From NCBI GenBank assembly GCA_965661285.1, contig CBFIDD010000008.1, forward strand, positions 1 to 26,055: 26,055 nt of DNA. Reading direction: 5' to 3'. The stretch comes from Poseidonia sp. GTDB taxonomy: Archaea; Thermoplasmatota; Poseidoniia; Poseidoniales; Poseidoniaceae. How positions within the stretch are numbered: the first letter of the stretch is position 1; every line of letters starts with the position of its first letter. The notes under the pieces were generated by a model. The model saw only the letters and a program-made list of their open reading frames with translations, searched no databases and had not been told where the DNA came from. A program made the translations under genes and the position numbers. Of the stretch, positions 1 through 5,639 are shown piece by piece.

Positions 1-60
1 GAGCGTGATGGCTGCAAACAGGAAGAAAACACCGGTTTCGGCAGCGCTGGCCACATCCAT
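1..60 (-). CDS. nuoJ: NADH-quinone oxidoreductase subunit J, 5' end only (runs off the left edge)
   Basis: Not in the ORF track. Manual translation from ATG at 60 gives MDVASAAETGVFFLFAAITL, a hydrophobic start typical of NuoJ TM1. It begins 1 nt after the nuoI stop, in the canonical H-I-J order. Confidence 0.75.
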   Translation of the reverse strand, partial: MDVASAAETGVFFLFAAITL

Positions 61-61
61 C

Positions 62-1054
62 TCAAGCATCCCCCTTCGCAGCCTCAGCAGCGGCCTTGGC
101 ATCCTTGGCGGCCTTGCGGGCACGCTTGTCGCGTTCCTTGGAGGCACGCTTGGCCAATTCTGCATCGACAGCTTCCTGGTGAACGCCGGGGAGCACACGG
201 GTACGTGAAGCATCGAACCACAGATCCTGGCGCGTGAAGCCCGACATACCATCGTATTCGTTGGTCATGAAGAACGAGGTAAAGCCGCAGGCTTCCATGC
301 ACAATCCGCAGAACATGCAACGACCGAGGTCGATACGGCCGGAGACGATTTGGTCGTCGGCGGGATAGAGTTGGGTGGTTGAAACGACGGCTTCTTCGCC
401 CGAATCGTTCCATCGGACTGTAGCCGATTCACCTGAGAGGTCAAGCACTTCAGCGAAGCGCCATTCTTCGGGTGGGGCCGTGTGGGCCGTGACGTGGTTG
501 AAACTGTCGAGTTCAGCCATGACTTCGGGCACCTCGACGGCGGCAAACTTCCCGACTTCGAGTTCCATGCCGAGGCCTGCATTCTCGCCTTCAGCGTTGT
601 CGAGGACGTCAACACGAAGTTCGGTGGTCATATGAAGACAGTCGTTGGGGCAGATGTTGACACACATTTTGCACGCCGTACAGGTCTCCCAAATCACCCC
701 GATGCGCCCGTTGTAGTTGCCCGGAACGAAGAGCCAAGGCTCCATGTCTTCGAGGCGCTCGTAGGGGTACTGCACCGTCTGTGGTTTCCAAAGCGTGGGC
801 TTGAGGTCCGATGTTACTCGGTCGGGGGCGAATTCTTGGCGAGTGATGTCGTTCATCTCAGCTGTTGATGCTGCGCGAGCTCGGCTACCGTCGTCAAGGA
901 ACTCAGGGTGCGAGGTGTTGTGATAAGCACCAAGTCGCTTGCCGAATCGCTTTCCGATGAACGGGAAGGTTCGCAGCGCCGTGATCAAGGTGATCTTGAA
1001 AGGGTACCAGAACAGGTTTCTGAAATTGGGCTGTGCGTGTGGATGCATTGGCAT
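62..1054 (-). CDS. nuoI: Complex I/Fpo-like subunit I (2x[4Fe-4S]), enlarged by an N-terminal extension, an internal insertion and a basic C-tail
   Basis: TVQYPYE motif, CTACKMCVNICP (682-647), IDLGRCMFCGLCMEAC (319-287), MTNEY. Start moved from GTG 1063 to ATG 1054 because GAGGTGA (1066-1060) sits 5 nt upstream of it. Confidence 0.93.
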   Translation of the reverse strand: MPMHPHAQPNFRNLFWYPFKITLITALRTFPFIGKRFGKRLGAYHNTSHPEFLDDGSRARAASTAEMNDITRQEFAPDRVTSDLKPTLWKPQTVQYPYERLEDMEPWLFVPGNYNGRIGVIWETCTACKMCVNICPNDCLHMTTELRVDVLDNAEGENAGLGMELEVGKFAAVEVPEVMAELDSFNHVTAHTAPPEEWRFAEVLDLSGESATVRWNDSGEEAVVSTTQLYPADDQIVSGRIDLGRCMFCGLCMEACGFTSFFMTNEYDGMSGFTRQDLWFDASRTRVLPGVHQEAVDAELAKRASKERDKRARKAAKDAKAAAEAAKGDA

Positions 1055-1064
1055 GGTGTTCACC

Positions 1065-2582
1065 TCACTCCTGCCCCGGGGTTACCGTCCCCGCAGGCTT
1101 GTCCGTATGGACGTGGAACATACGTTCCTGATTCACTGACTTGTCTTCGTCGTTAAGATAGACGAAGAAGACACCCAGCCAGAAGAGCGTCGTGGCGATG
1201 GGCACGAGGTACGGGATACCGAAGGCGTCCCATGCCATGCCGCCGCCGACATCGTTCTTGGCCGACATGCCGTCAGGGTTGAAGAGGTACAATCGGTAGA
1301 CGAGCGCCAACACCACTTGCAGAACAGCAAGAGGGAGCAGGATGCGCCAGCCGAATTCCAAAATTTGGTCGGTTCGAATACGTGCCAGCGAAAAGCGAGC
1401 CCAAACGAACACGATGAGGAACACAAGCCATGATTTTACCAGCGTCATCACCGCACCGGGAATCAAGAGGTAGGCCTCACCGACCACGGGGAGGGAACCG
1501 ATGGTGCCGTGGAAGGGCAGGTGCCATCCGCCGAGGAAGAAGTGCGTGAAAAGGAAACAAGCGGCGTAGGTGCGGATGTATTCGGCCATGAACAGCATAC
1601 CGAACCGCATGCCGCCGTACTCCGTCCACCAGCCTTCGACCAACTCGGCTTCGGCTTCGGGCATGTCGAAAGGCACACGCTCAACTTCAGCGATCATGGT
1701 GACCAGGAAGAGTGCAGCACCAAGCGGCATGAGGAAAATGTTCCATGCACCGGCTGAATGTTGGAAATGAATGCTGTCAATGATGTTGAAGGTACCCGAG
1801 AGAATCGCCACCGACAACAACGTGAGCAGGAGCGGAATCTCGTAAGCTGTGAGTTGCGCAGCCGAGCGGATACCGCCGATGAGGGTGTACTTGTTGTTGG
1901 AGGACCAACCGGCGAAGAACACCCCAATGGGAGCGATGCCGAAGATGGCGATGGCGTAGAGAATCGAAAGGTCAGGGTTGGTGGCGTAGATGCCGCTGGA
2001 GAGCGGGATCATACCCAAAATCAACAGCGTCGAGGAGACGATGAGGAAAGGCGAGACCTCGAAGATGAGGCGGTCCGCACGCTGAGGCACCATGTGTTCC
2101 TTCACCAGGAATTTCATGCCGTCAGCGACGTTTTGGAAGAACCCGGGCAGGATGGTCTTGCCCATCCATGAACGGTTATTGACACGGTCGACGGTGGCGA
2201 ACTTTTCATCGCGATTACCGAAATTCTTGTTCAACCATTTGTTGACCGCTCCAATGGGTTTGCCCAAGCCGAACGGAAGCAGGTTCCACCATTCGCCTGC
2301 AGTGACGCCGTTTTCACCGACCCAGAGGGAACGAAGGGCCGTGGTCGCACCGTATCGGTCTTGCATACGAGCGACAGCTTTCCGCTCAATCCAGAGAATG
2401 GCGAATTGCGAAAAGAAAAGCATCAGGAACACCACATTGACCACGGCGAACGTGGCGATGGCAAACGAGAGGCTGCTTGCGCTTTCCTCAAGCGGCGTAC
2501 CCTCGAGCAAGCCGATGATCGCCGAGCGGAGCAAACCGTCCTTGCTCAGGAAGAAACCTACCAAATCGTACCTGTCGTCCAT
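1065..2582 (-). CDS. nuoH: Complex I subunit H (ND1 family), 505 aa with insertions
   Basis: ERKAVARMQDR, Q-x2-ADGMK, GWSSNNKYTLIGGIRSAAQ, YEIP and RVPFDMPEAEAELVEG motifs; multiple TM helices; SD GAGGTGA at 2593-2587. Confidence 0.96.
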   Translation of the reverse strand: MDDRYDLVGFFLSKDGLLRSAIIGLLEGTPLEESASSLSFAIATFAVVNVVFLMLFFSQFAILWIERKAVARMQDRYGATTALRSLWVGENGVTAGEWWNLLPFGLGKPIGAVNKWLNKNFGNRDEKFATVDRVNNRSWMGKTILPGFFQNVADGMKFLVKEHMVPQRADRLIFEVSPFLIVSSTLLILGMIPLSSGIYATNPDLSILYAIAIFGIAPIGVFFAGWSSNNKYTLIGGIRSAAQLTAYEIPLLLTLLSVAILSGTFNIIDSIHFQHSAGAWNIFLMPLGAALFLVTMIAEVERVPFDMPEAEAELVEGWWTEYGGMRFGMLFMAEYIRTYAACFLFTHFFLGGWHLPFHGTIGSLPVVGEAYLLIPGAVMTLVKSWLVFLIVFVWARFSLARIRTDQILEFGWRILLPLAVLQVVLALVYRLYLFNPDGMSAKNDVGGGMAWDAFGIPYLVPIATTLFWLGVFFVYLNDEDKSVNQERMFHVHTDKPAGTVTPGQE

Positions 2583-2591
2583 GATATCACC

Positions 2592-3731
2592 TCAGCGGTC
2601 AGTCTCCCCAATGCAGGGGTCAAAGCTACCCATGATGGCCGGAATATCCGCCACCTTGTATCCAATCATCGTCTTGGCGACGTAGGGAATGGTGATGAAC
2701 ATCGGCGAGCGAATCGACAAGCGATAGGGGTTCTTTCCACGACCGTCGCCGCCGCCCTGAATGTAGAACTGAGAGGCTCCGCGGGTGCACTCGTAATGCG
2801 AGAACCCGGTGGCGCCTTCGGGTGCTCGGGTGGGCGCCTTTGCGAGAATCATCTCGTCACCGTTGGCATAGTTGGTGTTCTTTCCGCCGGGAATCTTCTC
2901 GATGGCGTCGAGGATCATGCGGCAGGACTGGCGCATTTCTTCCATGCGAACACGGTAGCGGTCGTAGCAATCAGCGCCCTTCACGGAAGTGGGCTTTTCG
3001 ACGGCTGGCTCCCAGTCCACCTGGTCGTAGACCGAGTAGGGGTGAGCCCAGCGAACGTCATAGTTGACGCCGGCAGCTCGGATGTTGGGGCCGGATACAC
3101 CAGCGTTGACCATGTCTTCGGCCTTAGCGTAGCCCACACCTTGGAGGCGAACGAGCCAGATGGTGGACTCGTCAAGCATCATTTCGTACTCGTCAATTCG
3201 GTTCTCGAAAAGTTTCACCTTCGCCACCAAACGGTCGGCGAAGCCGACGGGGATGTCTCGCTTCACGCCGCCAACACGAGGGTAGTTGTAGTGCATTCGA
3301 GAACCACCGAGTTCTTGAAGCAGGTCAAGGAACATTTCACGGTCTCGCATGCACCACGTCATCAGCGTCAAACTGCCGATGTCGGGGCCGTAAGCACCAA
3401 GCCACATCAGGTGAGAAGCAAGGCGCTGACACTCAGCGGCGATGAGGCGAATGTACTCGGCTCGCTCAGGAACTTCAACCTCGAGCAAGTCCTCAGCCGC
3501 ATAGATGTAGGAATTGGCCCATGTCATTGCACTGACATAGCAAAGGCGGTCGCAGTACGGCGTGATTTGCGTGAAATCCCGGGACTCGGCAATTTTTTCA
3601 ACGCCTCGATGGATGTAGCCGAGTTCGGCTTCGGTGTCGACGACCGTTTCACCGTCGACTTTCACACGGAGCGTCCAGAGACCGTGCGTCATTGGATGCT
3701 GGGGGCCCATTGTAATCCACATTTGTGCCAT
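2592..3731 (-). CDS. nuoD: Complex I subunit D (49-kDa family, Fpo-like)
   Basis: MGPQHPMTHG, GYIHRGVEK, DRLCY, GDCYDR-like GADCYDRY and C-terminal GSFDPCIGETDR; SD GAGGTGA at 3742-3736. Confidence 0.97.
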   Translation of the reverse strand: MAQMWITMGPQHPMTHGLWTLRVKVDGETVVDTEAELGYIHRGVEKIAESRDFTQITPYCDRLCYVSAMTWANSYIYAAEDLLEVEVPERAEYIRLIAAECQRLASHLMWLGAYGPDIGSLTLMTWCMRDREMFLDLLQELGGSRMHYNYPRVGGVKRDIPVGFADRLVAKVKLFENRIDEYEMMLDESTIWLVRLQGVGYAKAEDMVNAGVSGPNIRAAGVNYDVRWAHPYSVYDQVDWEPAVEKPTSVKGADCYDRYRVRMEEMRQSCRMILDAIEKIPGGKNTNYANGDEMILAKAPTRAPEGATGFSHYECTRGASQFYIQGGGDGRGKNPYRLSIRSPMFITIPYVAKTMIGYKVADIPAIMGSFDPCIGETDR

Positions 3732-3740
3732 GATTTCACC

Positions 3741-4394
3741 TCACTTAACCCGACCCTCATCGGTTGGTTTTCGACCGAAGCCTTGGGCGTCGTCGTACAT
3801 TTCATTGAAGTCGTGGTAGCGGATTTTGTGTTGCTTCTGAAGCGGGTGGAAGCCGTCGGGGCTGTCGTGGGGGTTGAGGACGCGATGCATGTTGTCGTGG
3901 CCTTCAAACTGAATGCCAACCAAGTCCCATGTTTCCTTTTCGTTCCAGTCGGCGCCGACCCAAATGCTCTGCACGCTCGGAACGGAAGGCGAGGCGCCTT
4001 GGGCCAGCGTAATGATGATTTCAAACTCCAGCGGAATGGCATCGCCCTTCAATTCCTCAGCCACGTGAACGGTGTTGGTGTGGGGAGCCTGGTCAACGAC
4101 GGGTTGTCGCATGAAGTGATAGATGACTTCCCAGCCGCGGTCGGGTCCGCCTTCCGGGAAGTGCGTCCCGGTGACCATCGAACAATAGTTCACACCGAGG
4201 TCAAAGCGGAGGTACTTGGCCACGGCCGTCCAGTGTTGAGCAGGAACGTGAACCCGGACGAACGCCATTTTGTGGGCGTTGGCGTGGTGCTCGACGGTGG
4301 CCGAGACATCGGAGCCACCGAAGCGATCGTTGATGGACGAGATGGCGCTTTGTGCGGCCGTGTCGGCTTGTTCGTTGGTGATGCGCATGCCCAT
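3741..4394 (-). CDS. nuoC: Complex I subunit C (30-kDa family)
   Basis: SVPSVQSIWVGADWNEKETWDLVGIQFEGH...FHPLQK matches the NuoC signature (ERE-x2-D-x2-GI-x-F-x-GH...HPLRK); lies between nuoB and nuoD. Confidence 0.94.
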   Translation of the reverse strand: MGMRITNEQADTAAQSAISSINDRFGGSDVSATVEHHANAHKMAFVRVHVPAQHWTAVAKYLRFDLGVNYCSMVTGTHFPEGGPDRGWEVIYHFMRQPVVDQAPHTNTVHVAEELKGDAIPLEFEIIITLAQGASPSVPSVQSIWVGADWNEKETWDLVGIQFEGHDNMHRVLNPHDSPDGFHPLQKQHKIRYHDFNEMYDDAQGFGRKPTDEGRVK

Positions 4395-4396
4395 GC

Positions 4397-4990
4397 TCAG
4401 TCCTCTCCGACGATGATGGGTTTGTCGCCCTTACGACCGCTGCTTGGAGCAGCACCAATACGGATGATCTTCTCGCGAAGCAGTCCAAAACCATCGATGA
4501 GGGCTTCGGGGCGGGGCGGGCAACCGGGAATGTAAACGTCGACGGGAATCACGGTGTCCACGCCTTCGAGAATGTTGTAGGACTGGAAGTAAGGACCGCC
4601 GGAAATGGCGCATTCACCCATGGCAATGCAGTACTTTGGCTCGGGCATCTGTTCCCACAGTCGAACGATTTTATCGGCGAATTTCTTGCTGATGGGGCCG
4701 TTGACGAGCAACACGTCGGATTGACGAGGAGAAGAGCGGAACAACACACCGAAGCGGTCGCCGTCAAAACGAGGTGTAGCGGCGGCGGCCATCTCAATCG
4801 CACAGCACTTGATGCCCAAGTGGAGCGTGAACAGCGATTTGCGGCCAGCCCAGTTGAAGTAGCGTCCTGCGAGAACGCTCAGGAATTGCTTGATTTTGGT
4901 CGCTTTGAGAGCTTCATCGGTGACATCGCCGACCATCTCAACGAGGGCACGGCTGTTGAAGGCTGCGTAGTTTTCGTCTTGTCCTGCCAT
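4397..4990 (-). CDS. nuoB: Complex I subunit B (N2 cluster, 20-kDa family)
   Basis: KCCAIEM, SPRQSD, MPEPKYCIAMGECA and PVDVYIPGCPPRPEA. Start moved from 5047 to ATG 4990 (SD GAGGTGA at 5002-4996), which removes the overlap with nuoA. Confidence 0.96.
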   Translation of the reverse strand: MAGQDENYAAFNSRALVEMVGDVTDEALKATKIKQFLSVLAGRYFNWAGRKSLFTLHLGIKCCAIEMAAAATPRFDGDRFGVLFRSSPRQSDVLLVNGPISKKFADKIVRLWEQMPEPKYCIAMGECAISGGPYFQSYNILEGVDTVIPVDVYIPGCPPRPEALIDGFGLLREKIIRIGAAPSSGRKGDKPIIVGED

Positions 4991-5000
4991 GGGAATCACC

Positions 5001-5480
5001 TCAGATGTAAATGCGACCTCGCTTACGGAACACGTACCATACGCCAAGCGACATGGTAGCGAAGAAGATGCCCAAGGTGGTCAGGGCGTCGGTCGCTTGT
5101 GCCACAGCAGCCTCGCGGTCAACCACGCCTTCGGCGGTCGCATCTGAGGCGACCATTCCGCCGAGGACGAGAAACATGAAGGCGACGTCGAAGACGAGGA
5201 AGATGATGGCATACCAGTAGTACTGGAAGTGAAACTGGATCATCGCCTCACCGACGGGTTCGCTACCGCATTCAAAGGTGGTGAGGCGGCGAGGGTAGAG
5301 GCTGTGATCTCGCTCATAGCCCTCCAAAAGATACGAGCGGGTAACGTGAGGGCGAGCCGGGTCAACCTTGGGTCGAACGACCCACGTGATGAGGAAATTG
5401 GTGAGCGGCATGATGATGCCAACGACGGTCAAGAATCCGATGGAGAGGTAAGCGCTTGGCACGGATTCGAGTCCCGACAT
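5001..5480 (-). CDS. nuoA: Complex I subunit A (ND3 family)
   Basis: Three TM helices with TFECG and QYYWYAIIFLVFDV motifs. ATG 5480 is preferred because GGGTGA lies 4 nt upstream; ATG 5492 is an alternative. Confidence 0.93.
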   Translation of the reverse strand: MSGLESVPSAYLSIGFLTVVGIIMPLTNFLITWVVRPKVDPARPHVTRSYLLEGYERDHSLYPRRLTTFECGSEPVGEAMIQFHFQYYWYAIIFLVFDVAFMFLVLGGMVASDATAEGVVDREAAVAQATDALTTLGIFFATMSLGVWYVFRKRGRIYI

Positions 5481-5492
5481 AGGTTCACCCAT

Positions 5493-5553
5493 AGAGAACG
5501 CATACGCTCTCTGGTCTAACCGACTTGAGGCCCCTCAATAAGCGTTGTCAACG
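5493..5553 (-). promoter_or_regulatory. Putative nuo operon promoter and 5'UTR: TATA-like CTTATT flanked by two palindromes, plus a UTR hairpin
   Basis: TTGAGG-N2-CCTCAA (5525-5538); CGTTG-T-CAACG (5543-5553); minus-strand CTTATTGAG between and overlapping them; minus-strand hairpin AGAGAGCG-TATG-CGTTCTCT (5512-5493). Confidence 0.4.
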
Positions 5554-5639
5554 GACGGTGTGCAAGAGGGGTGCTCAAAAGGGCACTTGCATAGGCGCAG
5601 GGCCCCGTTTTTACCAAAGTGAGAACTGTGTTCTCGGGC

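Noticed and set aside
2592-3731. Group 4 [NiFe]-hydrogenase large subunit interpretation
   Set aside because: Both CxxC motifs are incomplete, the quinone-site His and Tyr are present, and there are no maturation genes in the window.
2361-4535. 724-aa plus-strand ORF antisense to nuoH/D/C/B
   Set aside because: Shadow ORF. nuoC, nuoD and nuoH share one frame (9-nt spacers), and GC-rich codon usage rarely produces antisense stops. It has no recognisable motifs.
4991-5047. ORF-track N-terminal extension of nuoB (also nuoI 1055-1063, rpl15e 23311-23319 and 8532-8582)
   Set aside because: The extensions overlap upstream genes or SD sites; downstream ATGs have properly spaced SD or TATA-like elements.
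5493-5639. tRNA or other ncRNA in the largest intergenic gap
   Set aside because: No cloverleaf or T-loop consensus was found; only short palindromes consistent with a promoter region.
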